DNA from: Dendrobates tinctorius | Lineage: Eukaryota | NCBI RefSeq assembly: GCF_039654945.1 | Contig: NW_027361671.1 | Span: forward strand, 103,292,001-103,356,000 | Direction of reading: 5' to 3' | DNA: 64,000 nt | Part shown: piece after piece, positions 24,739 through 36,200 of the stretch | How the letters are laid out: every line of letters begins with the position of its first letter | How positions within the stretch are numbered: position 1 is the stretch's first letter | Notes under the pieces: model-generated | Databases searched by the model: none | What the model was told of the DNA's origin: nothing | Seen by the model: the letters and a program-made list of their open reading frames with translations, nothing else | Program-made: the position numbers and the translations under genes

Positions 24739-25042
24739 GTTTACTGGCAATCACTGAGGTGGCCCAATCACTACAGTGACTCCTGCCCCGGTCTAATAGC
24801 TTCCTTCCTCGCCCTGTATAACCCTCTTATCCAAAAAGGCGGGAACATGTCACATGACATAAACAGTGAGGGGCTTCGGCATTCTCTTAGCTTTGGTACT
24901 TCCCGTGTGCCGTAGATACCTGGTCACATGCTCCCTCCTAGGCTGTTGACGCCATCTTGTGATTGGCATTGGTTGTTGCTCTCCCATTGGCCGAGGCGCT
25001 TTCTTGCTACTTCCATTCTGGCTGTCGGCCCCGGTCCGCAGG
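24739..25042. promoter_or_regulatory. Bidirectional promoter / 5' UTRs of RAD9B and VPS29
   Basis: 304 bp between divergent ATGs. CCAAT boxes at 24764, 24962, 24968 and 24986; E2F-like GGCGGGAA 24838-24845; E-box GTCACATGAC 24849-24858; YY1 CGCCATCTT 24950-24958. CpG-rich downstream. Confidence 0.75.
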
Positions 25043-25045
25043 ATG
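25043..25045 (+). CDS. VPS29: VPS29 coding exon 1 (ATG only)
   Basis: gcaggATG|gtaagc in a CpG-rich region. Vertebrate VPS29 exon 1 contributes only the Met; 3+192+236+118=549 nt gives 182 aa. Confidence 0.85.
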
Positions 25046-25989
25046 GTAAGCTCCTTGTTACCGGCGAGGCAGGACCGGGTGTCTTGCGTTGTACACGTAC
25101 TACTTCCTTGGCGGCTTCTCGCCTGCGGGGTACAGGGCGGAGCTGTGCAATGAGCCTCGTACTGTGGGCGCAGGTCGGCTCGGGGCCTGTGGCGCTCAGT
25201 GACTGCAGATGGGTGTTGGTGCTGTCATATGATCTCGGGCAGATGCCTGCGGTGCCGCAGTTGTCTGTACACACACCTTATAGATGATAGACCAGACTGT
25301 GCGACATTTATCATGTAGACATAATGGGCATCATCAGCCCGCAGGAAGGCAACAGATAACATATGCCACTTGGGGGTCGTTGCAGGGCCCTCGGCCGGGA
25401 CTGCAGGTCATGTGACCACTGATCGCACCCAGCTGTCAGTGATCGTCAACTCTTGCAATCTGGTTTAAACTGGAACCGTTTTGGGATCGGCACACCACCA
25501 CACATCTAGCTCCCGGAAATCTATGAAAATTCATGGGGTTTTCATGTTAACCCTTGTCCCTAAATTCTGATCTATATTTTTTTTTTTTTTTTTTAAAGAA
25601 AAAAACAAACTTTTCTTTACTCCCCCTCCACAGGTCCAGTGCTGATTGTCCAGCGCTACCCTCAGTATCTGTTATTGTCTGCAGCACTGATGACACGACG
25701 ACCGCGCTGCAGACAATCACTGAGCTCATCAGCTCTGCCTGAGTTGACGGCACAGTCACTGAGCTCATTGGCCGCAACGCCATCAATGTGACGTCAGTGC
25801 AGCAGACATCGGGAGCAGTGATGGAGACTCCGTGCTGGACCTGGGGACGGTGAGAAAAGGGCCTTTTTTTTTTTTTTTTTTAAACAAGCTGCTGTTGGCG
25901 AACAGGTTTTCTGAACCCAGAAAACCCCTTTAAGGGCGGTTTCAAAAAAATTCAGTATTTACCCTACGTGGGAAGATGGATTAAGGCCT

Positions 25990-27384
25990 ATTATTCCCTT
26001 TCCGACATCGGGCGTAATAATACGACGATGTGGACTCCGGTGGTGAGCCCACATCTTTCCTGGCACGTCAGCTGTTTTGAACAGCTGACATGTGCCCGGA
26101 ACAGTCGCAGGTGGAATCACGATCCACCTGCGGCTATTAACCCGTTAAATGCCACTGTCAAACTCTGACAGCGGCATTTAACATGCGCTTCCGGCAATCG
26201 CGCTGGAAATCCGCCCATCGGTGACCCTCATCATGTGAACGCGGGTCACCGATGGGTTGGCATGACAACCAGAGGTCTCCTGGAGACCTCTAATGGTTGT
26301 CACTGCCGGGGATTGCTATAAGCGCTCATAACAAGTCAAGCAATTCTGCTACATCCAGGCGATCTGATTATCGCCTGTATGTAGCAGAGCTGATCGGGTT
26401 ATGGCAGCTTCTAGTTTCCCATGGAGACTATGCCAAAAGTTAAAAAAAAAGTTTTTAAAAATGTTAAGAAATATATAAAAGTTCAAATCACCCCCCTTTC
26501 GCCCCATTCAAAATAAAACAATAAAAAAAATCAAACATACACATATTTGGTATCACCGAGTTCAGAATCGCCCAATCTATCAATAGAAAAAAGAATTAAC
26601 CTGATCGCTAAACGGCATAACCAGAAATAAAAGTAAAAATGCCAGAATTACGTTATTTTGGTCACTGCAACATTGCATTAAAATGCAATAACGGGCGATC
26701 AAAAGATCGTATCTGCACCAAAATGGTATCAATAAAAACGTAAGCTCATGACGCAAAAAATAAGCCTTCACTCAACCCAAGATTACGAAAAGTGGAGACG
26801 CTATGGATATTGGAAATTGGCACAAATTTTTTTTTTTTAACAAACTTTGGATTTTTTTTGTCACCACATAAATAAAAAAGAACCTACACATGTTTGGTGT
26901 CTATGAACTCGTAATGACCTGGAGAATCAAAATGGCAGGTCAGTTTTAGCATTTAGTGACCCTAGTAAAAAGGCAAAACAAAAAACAATTGTGGAATTTC
27001 ACTTTTTTTGCAATTTCACCACACTTGGAATTTTTTTCCCGTTTTCCAGTACAGAGTTCCCCAACTCCAGTCCTCAGGGCCCACCAACAGATATGTTTTC
27101 AGGATTTCCATGGTATTACACTGGTGAAGCAATTATCACCTGAGCAATACTAAGGAAATCCTGAAAACATGATCTGTTGGTGGGCCCTGAGGACTGGAGT
27201 TGGGGAACCCTGTTCCAGTACACTATACGTTAAAACAAATGGTGTCATTCAAAAGTGCAACTCGTCCCGAAAAAAAGCCCTCATGTGGCCATATTGACCG
27301 AAACATAAAAAAGTTATGGCACTGGGAAGAAGGGGAGCAAAAAGATGCAAAATCGAAAATACCTTCGGTCACAAATGGGTTAAA
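25990..27384. mobile_element. piggyBac-like non-autonomous element (decayed)
   Basis: tta(t)-(t)CCCTTTCCGAC...GTCACAAATGGG-ttaa termini; left end degenerate. Confidence 0.5.
27052..27212. mobile_element. Palindromic hAT-type MITE nested in the previous element
   Basis: Long TIRs CAGAGTTCCCCAACTCCAGTCCTCAGGGCCCACCAACAG; 8-bp TSD ttccagta at 27044-27051 and 27213-27220. Confidence 0.85.
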
Positions 27385-27696
27385 ATAGAAAATTTTAGTT
27401 CTGGAAGGAAGGACCCAACCAGGATGCTGTTTCTTTAATTAAAAGGCAACTGAGGATATTCATTATTTTTTTTTTTTACATTTCTGTTAGTCAATCGCCC
27501 TTATGTAAAACATTGCTTCTTCTTCATTTATTTTTTTATTTATAAATATTTTCTTTCCTAACATCCCAAGTCGATTATTATTATTTTTGCATTCATTTTC
27601 CTAATTTGTCACCCATTTCTTTTGCTTTCTTTTATTTAACATCGCTCATGTTTCACCCTTTCATACTCCCTTGTCTGCAATCAACTCCTCCATAAG

Positions 27697-27708
27697 CCCG
27701 GGCACAGA
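27697..27708 (+). CDS. VPS29: VPS29 alternative 12-nt microexon (PGHR)
   Basis: cataAG|CCC GGG CAC AGA|GTaagt preceded by a long pyrimidine-rich tract. Corresponds to the AGHR insert of the mammalian 186-aa isoform. Confidence 0.85.
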
Positions 27709-28208
27709 GTAAGTTTCCTCTAATCGCGCACTAACACTGGTGAGGTCGCAATGATTTGGGTTTCCGTGTCTCTACCTTTCTCTACAGTTTGATGGTCTAA
27801 CATTACTCATCGCACCGTTATACTGGACCTTTCCCTCAGCCCGATCTTTTTATTGTGAAAACTTCACCACTTAGAATTAATTTTCAATCTCAACTTACAC
27901 TTCAGAGGTTGGGGGAGAGGGTGTCGTTCACACTCCTGGGGGATTTTTGCCTGTTTTTTTTTTTTTTTTTTTTTTTTTTTGAACTTCTGAACCCTAAAAA
28001 AGCCTCTCTTCCACTCTAAGCCAAAATGGAGAGCTGCTAAGCAAGTAAACCCCCTCTCTGGCGCTGCCAGTGTATCCGTTAAAACAATTTATTCCAATGG
28101 GCCAGTCGGTTATACTGAGTGCGGTGATCGGCTGTCAGTCCCATAGACGTTCACAAAAGGGCGATATGGATGAGCAATAAGCTCTAATTATAGGACAACC
28201 CCTTTAAG

Positions 28209-28211
<3 letters not shown>

Positions 28212-28248
<37 letters not shown>

Positions 28249-28258
28249 TAGATAGATA
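28212..28258. repeat. (TA)n/(GATA)n microsatellite
   Basis: Read directly from the sequence. Confidence 0.9.
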
Positions 28259-28280
28259 ACTGCTTTAAGAAAACTGCCCC

Positions 28281-29049
28281 CGATGCCAGTTACCACAGGG
28301 AATGCTCTTCACACGATGCCAGTTACCACAGGGAATGCTCTTCACACGATGCCAGTTACCACAGGGAATGCTCTTCACACGATGCCAGTTACCACAGGGA
28401 ATGCTCTTCACACGATGCCAGTTACCACAGGGAATGCTCTTCACACGATGCCAGTTACCACAGGGAATGCTCTTCACACGATGCCAGGTACCACAGGGAA
28501 TGCTCTTCACACGATGCCAGTTACCACAGGGAATGCTCTTCACACGATGCCAGGTACCACAGGGAATGCTCTTCACACGATGCCAGGTACCACAGGGAAT
28601 GCTCTTCACACGATGCCAGGTACCACAGGGAATGCTCTTCACACGATGCCAGGTACCACAGGGAATGCTCTTCACACGATGCCAGGTACCACAGGGAATG
28701 CGCTTCACACGATGCCAGGTACCACAGGGAATGCTCTTCACACCATGCCAGGTACCACAGGGAATGCTCTTCACACCATGCCAGGTACCACAGGGAATGC
28801 TCTTCACACCATGCCAGGTACCACAGGGAATGCTCTTCACACGATGCCAGGTACCACAGGGAATGCTCTTCACACGATGCCAGGTACCACAGGGAATGCT
28901 CTTCACACGATGCCAGTTACCACAGGGAATGCTCTTCACACGATGCCAGGTACCACAGGGAATGCTCTTCACACGATGCCAGTTACCACAGGGAATGCTC
29001 TTCACACGATGCCAGTTACCACAGGGAATGCTCTTCACACGATGCCAGT
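28281..29049. repeat. 33-bp minisatellite, about 23 copies
   Basis: Unit CGATGCCAG(T/G)TACCACAGGGAATGCTCTTCACA, head to tail with no spacers. Confidence 0.97.
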
Positions 29050-29679
29050 GTACCAGTCAATGGGGTCTCCCAGTGTTTTGTTTTCCCCGTTTTCATATTA
29101 ATATTAGTGGTACAACAGGTCCTTGTACATCTTTTCCTGTCATCAGTCAGTTTTAGTAAATCCCAATATCTGTCACTGATGTGAACACATTTCTCCTGTC
29201 TTGTTTGCCTTGGGACTGGGTTGCTGTGTCCTGTGCTTGTTGTATGAAGCCATTGTGTGTGAACCTAGATGGATGCAGTAAAGGGGATGTACTGTATTGT
29301 GATATTGCTTTCTGTAGTACGTGATCTTGCCTCCATATAGGTGCCAGGGATAACTGTCACCGAGAGCGCACACTGACTGCAGTGTTGATGGGATGGTGAT
29401 GCCTATGTAAGGCCACGTTCACACAGTCAGTATTCGGGCATTATTTGTAGTGGCTGATAAATACAGAAGTGGTGACGTGTTTCTATTATACTTATCCTCT
29501 GACTGTTCCACTGCTGATTTTGGCTTAGAAATACTGAGGTAAAATACTGAACGTGTGAACGTGGCCTAAGTTTGCATTACTGCGCCTCATCTTTAGGTTA
29601 TGTTCCAAAATCCACATAAAAACACTTCAAATACACTTGAACACGCTTCCTGATACCCACATTACTGTTCATATAGCAA

Positions 29680-30870
29680 CATAGAACAAAACATACACAT
29701 TAAAAATGGTACATGATTAGACGCGTGGTACGTCCTTTTAAAGCATGGTATCAATTATACAGATTTTTCAGGATACGATTATCATCCTTAATTCAAATAT
29801 ATTAACCTCTAGAAATTATTTATCCACATTAATAGAAGGAAAAACCATATGCATTTTATAAATATCTCTAGTTATTTACATAGTTTTATTAAAAATTATT
29901 TTAAAAAATGCATCATAGTCTTATATTCTTTATTGTTATACTGCCACCTAGTGGTGCAAAAAATACATTATCCTTCTAAATTCATAAATATCCAACTTCA
30001 TTTATTTATTATCCTCATATATGAATTGTAAAGAGCACCGGGCACTACTCAATTGCATAAAAATAAAAAATCAATGAAGTGCATAATGCAAAAATAGTTT
30101 ATAGAAATGTGCATGCATAGTGCAGAAACGCTTATTATAAATAGCGCCAGGCAGTCTTCACAACACAAACATACATGAGCCTCAGAACAACATACCACAG
30201 GTTAAATGCTGAAGGACCACATGTAGGAATCCCCTTAACGTGCGTTTCGCGTTATTGCTTCTTCCGAAACGCGCATTAAGGGGATTCCTACATGTGGTCC
30301 TTCAGCATTTAACCTGTGGTATGTTGTTCTGAGGCTCATGTATGTTTGTGTTGTGAAGAATGCCTGGCGCTATTTATAATAAGCGTTTCTGCACTATGCA
30401 TGCACATTTCTATAGACTATTTTTGCATTATGCACTTTATTGATTTTTTATTTTTATGCAATTGAGTAGTGCTCGGTGCTCTTTACAATTCATATATGGG
30501 GATTATAAATAAATGAAGTTGGATATTTATGAATTTATAGAAGGGTAATGTATTTTTTGCACCACTAGGTGGCAGTATAACAATAAAGAATATACTGTAT
30601 ATACTCGTGTATAAGGACGACTTTATGAGACGATAATTGTGTCCTGAAGAAAATCTGTATAAATTGATACCACGCTTTAAAAGGACGTACCACGCGTCTA
30701 ATCATGTACCATTTTTAATATGTATGTTTTGTTATATGTCATATCAAATAAAGAATTGTGTTTTTTTTAATAGTTTCCGAAGTATTTTTTTTTTTTTTTT
30801 TTTTTTTTTTGTAGGATAGTTTTAAATATTGGTTGGGAAACTTCATATTTTTGTCCAAATTATCGGATAT
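29680..30870. mobile_element. Penelope-like fold-back insertion with 15-bp TSD
   Basis: Inverted arms about 29922-30249 / 30265-30594 and about 29680-29775 / 30640-30739. ctgttcatatagcaa duplicated at 29665-29679 and 30871-30885. Hammerhead-like GAAACGC motif at the axis. Confidence 0.65.
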
Positions 30871-31733
30871 CTGTTCATATAGCAAGCTGTTTTTTTTTTT
30901 TTTGTTTTTTTTTGTACCAATAAGATTTGTAAAACTACACTGAGGAAGAAAATGAAATGACTTGACACTTCAATAACCACCAAACCGTCTGCAAAAACAC
31001 ACAATGGGGAAAAAGAACGCTTAGTACTTCACACACAGCGTTTATGGAGCAAAAGCCTGCTCTCTTGGCAGTTAAAAAGATGCGGTTTGCTGCTTTTTTT
31101 TTTTTTTGCGGATTACTTGTGATTTGTCTGCAGCACCTGATAAAGTTTTATTCACCAAAAATGCAGCCAAACTTGTTTACTGTGGTGTTATATTTACTTT
31201 TTGCCGCATTTTTGCACTCTTATTTATTTTTATGGGTGACAAAAATGCTGAACAAGTTGATGTGTTACAGATTTAAAAAAAAAAAAAAAAAAAAGATCGT
31301 GCTCAAATTCAGTCGGCAAAAAAAAAAAATGCATGAGATTTCTGAAATCTCATAGCTATTGCTGGCATTGTAAAATATGGTACATCTTTTCTGTAGGGGA
31401 AAAAAAAAACAGCAACAAAAACGCTGCTTGTGAACTTAGCATTAGAGTATGTGCACACTGAGTTTTTGGAGCAGAAACTCTCCAAATCCTCGTCAAAATT
31501 GCTCAAAAATTGGGAGTTTATTCTCGGTGTGCACATAGCCCTAGAACCGAAAATCTGGTCAGAGTTAGATTTCTCTTGGGATTTTTCGACTTTAAGAAAA
31601 AAAAAAAAGCCTTAGTATGAACATAAATATACAGTGAAAGTATTCTTGGTTGCAAATTTTGATCTACCTTGACATTGCAGAAACTTCAGAAACTAATGAT
31701 CTGTTACGAAAGGCATTGCTTCTTCCACATGCT

Positions 31734-31972
31734 NNNNNNNNNNNNNNNNNNNNNNNNNNNNNNNNNNNNNNNNNNNNNNNNNNNNNNNNNNNNNNNNNNN
31801 NNNNNNNNNNNNNNNNNNNNNNNNNNNNNNNNNNNNNNNNNNNNNNNNNNNNNNNNNNNNNNNNNNNNNNNNNNNNNNNNNNNNNNNNNNNNNNNNNNNN
31901 NNNNNNNNNNNNNNNNNNNNNNNNNNNNNNNNNNNNNNNNNNNNNNNNNNNNNNNNNNNNNNNNNNNNNNNN
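31734..31972. other. Assembly gap (239 N)
   Basis: Run of n inside a VPS29 intron. Confidence 0.99.
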
Positions 31973-32652
31973 CATACACCACCTTAAAAATTAGGATTTC
32001 AGTTGCAGCCTTTTCTGCAATGGAAATCTGCCATATGTGAAGATACCCTTTGCATTACGGGCACTTATGTTTCTGAAAGCAATATCATATTTTTGCAGAG
32101 CCCCCTTCAATCCACCCCGCATTGATCTAGGTTTGCACACTGATGTTTACTATTGTTATTGTGATAGTCGCCTTGTGATTTATTTTCTAACTAAGGGAAA
32201 CCTTTCACGTCCAGAACTGATATTAAACCTGTAAGTACAGGGGTTCTCTGCAGGTAAATAGCATTTAAATCCTGTTTAGCTGGTTTATTGGATTACAGTG
32301 GCTACAGGGAAAAAAGTTTTATTCTCCCTGTAGTCCCCCTTCGCCCTGCCAATACACACTAGCACACACGCCTGTAGAATACTCAGGTGTTACCTCCATT
32401 CTCGTGAACTCATGACCATGTGGCCAAACGCAGAGAACACAACTTTACCAGAATCCATGCAAGTGGTGACCATACCCACCAGGCATCTATTTCATCCACC
32501 TGTATGTTACATGATCCTATATCCGTTGCATGTCCTCTAGTTTATTATAGGGATCCCAGTTTTGTGTGCATACTACACTAACGTTGTGATTGCTGCTCGA
32601 AATGATGCTCTGATTTCTAGCTAACCTCTTGTTCTACCCCACAACTCTGTAG

Positions 32653-32844
32653 TTGGTCTTGGTGTTAGGAGATCTGCACATCCCACATCGCTGTAACAGC
32701 TTGCCAGCAAAATTCAAGAAACTGCTCGTCCCTGGTAAGATACAGCATATTCTATGCACCGGGAATCTCTGCACCAAGGAGAGCTATGACTACCTCAAGA
32801 CACTGGCTGGGGACGTCCACATCGTCAGAGGAGACTTTGATGAG
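32653..32844 (+). CDS. VPS29: VPS29 retromer subunit, coding exon 2
   Basis: ctgtAG|...|GTtctc, 192 nt, [64 protein letters not shown]. Confidence 0.97.
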
Positions 32845-35800
32845 GTTCTCGTTTATTTTCTCTTGTTTGTTTCTTTGTGCATTACCATTTTGAATAATGT
32901 ACGTGCAGTGCACGTCTACACACTCCAAACTTCTCTACTAATTACGGTGATGCCTTATTTATGCCTTACACACATACGGAACATTGGAACACCTTGGGTG
33001 TTTGATATGTGCTCCCAAAAAGATTCTAGAGGGGAAAAATTCTTGCCCATGCCGTTTTTCTGCTCTCGTACGAAACATTGGGCGAATTGGCTGCAAAGTC
33101 AAAGACGGAATCTAAAATCAAGCTTTTGCTTTCTCTGCATGTATCTACTGCACATAGTTATATCCATTTAATAAGCTGCAGTATGTTGCTTGGACTCGCC
33201 ATAGTCTGACCTGAGACCACCACCATCTCTGTGTATAAATGGACCAACTGTGCTAATTTAGTGCTACATCCCTTTTGTGTGTGTTTTTGTTTTTCTTTTA
33301 TTTTCTCTTGTTCTTTTCAGCAGTATAATCCCTGAATTCTAAAAAAAAAACAAAAAAACTGCAAGCTATCATGTTGACTGTGTAGGATCTTTTTTTTTTT
33401 TTTTTCCTGTAGGTTACATCACAGTATTGTAATTCCAAAGTGAAATTTATTGGCACTGCACATCCAATTTGCGACCAGGGAAAAAGTCCAAACAATCAAC
33501 TAATTATAGGTGGCTGTCTACAATAATAGAAGAGTCTTAGGGTTCATGCAGAGGTCCGTGGGTCTCGGTCCGACCTTCATATATTTCTATGAAGCTGTCA
33601 CGCTCAGGTCAGGAGACCCGCGGCCACTCCATGCATTAGGGGTCTGTGCTTGGACCAATTTGCACGGACATCTGCATGAGCCTTTAGAGATCACTTCTTT
33701 AAAAGGAGTTTGGTTGCATAACTCGCTGATTACAGGCATGTAAACATTTGAAGCTCGCAAATAAGACAGGGAATACAAATGAACAGCACATGGCCTACGG
33801 CCTGTTCACATTCTGCATGAGGCTTCTTCAAGGCCTGATGAGCAGATGCCAGGGCACCCCATGATGCTTGCACAGGATCTGATGGGTAGAAACTAGAGCA
33901 GAAGCATCACGGGTGAACTGAAAATGCTGTAGGCCATGTGCTGTTTCTTTGTATTCACGGTCTAATTTACATGCTTCAATTAGAAGATTTATACACCTTC
34001 AGTCAGTGAGTGCCGCAGTTGAAATCATTTTAAGAAGTTACATTACATGTATGAGACCAAAGGGTGTTTAGCCTGCCAGAAATGCGTTGTATTTTAATTT
34101 CCCACCTTTCCCTTATGTGTTTTTTTTTTTTGTTTGTTTGTTTTTTAAATGGATCACTATTAAAGGATAACTGATATTTTAATATTACCAGATGAAAGTG
34201 TCAATGTATTATTAATTTTAATGTTTAATTATGATTATTGTAGTTTAGACCCATTCAGTTCTATGAAGCTGAGCAGCAATACCAGAAACGACATGTGGAC
34301 AAGTGTGGTGTTGTGCCTGAAACAAATCAGACCTGTATCTATAAGGCCCCCTTCACAAGTCCGTGTTTCTGGCATGTGTGGCGTCTGTTCTCACACTTAC
34401 AGAAGACACGTAAACGTGCACACCCATTATAATCTTTGGGGCTGCACCCTTGTCCGTGTCTTCTCACCGACTGTATGTCCATGTGACCCACACATAGACA
34501 TGTCTGGTTTTTTTTACCCCACCAGCACAGATGAAGATGCGTAGTGTATCATCCGTGTTCCACGCACTGGAATAGGAACTACAGATATTTTGGTGTTAAA
34601 GATGTGTAAAGGAATAGATTATAGATATCCGTGAGATATATAATTAGTGCCTTGCGTATGTAGTTTACTGTACATGTATTAACCTAATGAAGAAAAATGA
34701 TGTGGGATCCCCCCTATTTTTGGTAACCAGCAAAGGTAAAGCTGACAGCTGTGAGCTGATATTATTAGTTCGAGAAGATCCTTGGTTACTGGGCCTTTTC
34801 CAGCCTAAAAATACCAGCCAGCAGCCGCCCCAGAAGTGGAGACTTCACATTAGATCCGCAAATTCTGGCGCTACTTTTCGCTCTTCCTGTAAGTCCTGTT
34901 GCATTAGCAATCTGGGAGATGGGGCTTAAGAATGATGTCGTCTAACACAGCTGGTTTCAAGCCCTGGTGTTGGTAATGAAGAGTTGGCTATCAGGCACTC
35001 TCATTACTAACCCAGAAATAAAAAAAAAAAACACCCACAGAGAATACTTTGTTAAAGTATACACTCCCCGACACTTTACCTGGTTCACTACTTGATTAAA
35101 AAAACAACCCTACACAGGTCTGCCATAGTCCAGCAAATAGAAACCTGAAAAGGACATACACAGAGAAATGAAAGACATTCCCTTGTTCCCCACTTAACAA
35201 AAAAAAAAAAAAAGTTTGTACGCAGGTCCGACATTGTCCAAGCGAAGGCCATCGAATCCTCCATACAAAGCCTGTGGATCCTCGATCTGAGGCTCTATAG
35301 TCTTTACAAACGGCCACTGCCTGGTCGCTCTGCGCAAGACCCAGTGGCTCTGAACAGCGGTGACGTCAGTAGTGATATCAGCCCCAAGCCCCACATCATG
35401 TATTTATATATTGGGTTAATACATGTGCAGTAAGCTACACACAAGGCACTAATTATATATTTCACGGCTATCTATCTATGTATTTGCACATCTTTATCAC
35501 CTAAAAATCTTTCATTTTCTATTCCGGTATGTGGCACGTGGATAGTACAGACGGACGGCCAACAGAAAACGATACGGAAAGTAAAAACGGACAGTCTCAC
35601 GCTTTCAATTTTTTTAAGCCTTCAAAATGGCGATACACTTTACAGAGTAGTTTAGTTTCAAATCAACGTTTACTTCTGTTAACAAAATTGTTTGGATGTG
35701 TCTGAAGATAACGGCGCTTAATGTTTTTCATGGCCAAGCATTCCCTTCCTCCTGCTGATTTGTGCTCTGATCCCAATCAGTTTTACAGTCTGATATTGCC

Positions 35801-35869
35801 GTCTCTTTTAACCCTAAAGGATCGGTTACTTTTGCTCATCCTTTAATGTGATGTCTTCTTCTTCTATAG

Positions 35870-36105
35870 AATTTAAACTATCCAGAACAAAAGGTTGTGA
35901 CTGTTGGCCAGTTTAAGATCGGGTTAATCCACGGTCACCAAGTGATTCCCTGGGGTGATATGGCCAGCCTGGCTTTGTTGCAGAGGCAACTGGACGTAGA
36001 TATTATGATTTCAGGACATACACAAAAATTTGAAGCATTTGAGCATGAAAACAAGTTTTATATTAATCCCGGGTCTGCTACAGGAGCCTACAATGCATTA
36101 GAGAA
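35870..36105 (+). CDS. VPS29: VPS29 coding exon 3
   Basis: ctatAG|...|GTaagt, 236 nt, [30 protein letters not shown]...[14 protein letters not shown]. Confidence 0.97.
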
Positions 36106-36200
36106 GTAAGTACAGTAATTTGTTTCATGGTAAATTAATATTTCAAATAATTCAGAATTTTAATGGAAAGGTGGGCACATGATCAAAGATGGGTGTTTAA

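Noticed and set aside
24924-25287. 116-119 aa ORFs over the VPS29 start
   Set aside because: CpG-island ORFs spanning the 5' UTR and intron 1; no homology recognised.
28265-29156. Long repetitive ORFs (257-284 aa) / CRISPR-like array
   Set aside because: Pure 33-bp tandem repeat with no unique spacers and no cas genes. The ORFs arise because the unit is 3n and stop-free; the region is intronic in VPS29.
31650-32040. ORFs containing X runs
   Set aside because: Artefacts of the N gap.
32845-33171. C-terminal part of the 172-aa ORF at 32653
   Set aside because: Intron read-through past the GT donor at 32845; VPS29 similarity stops at DFDE.
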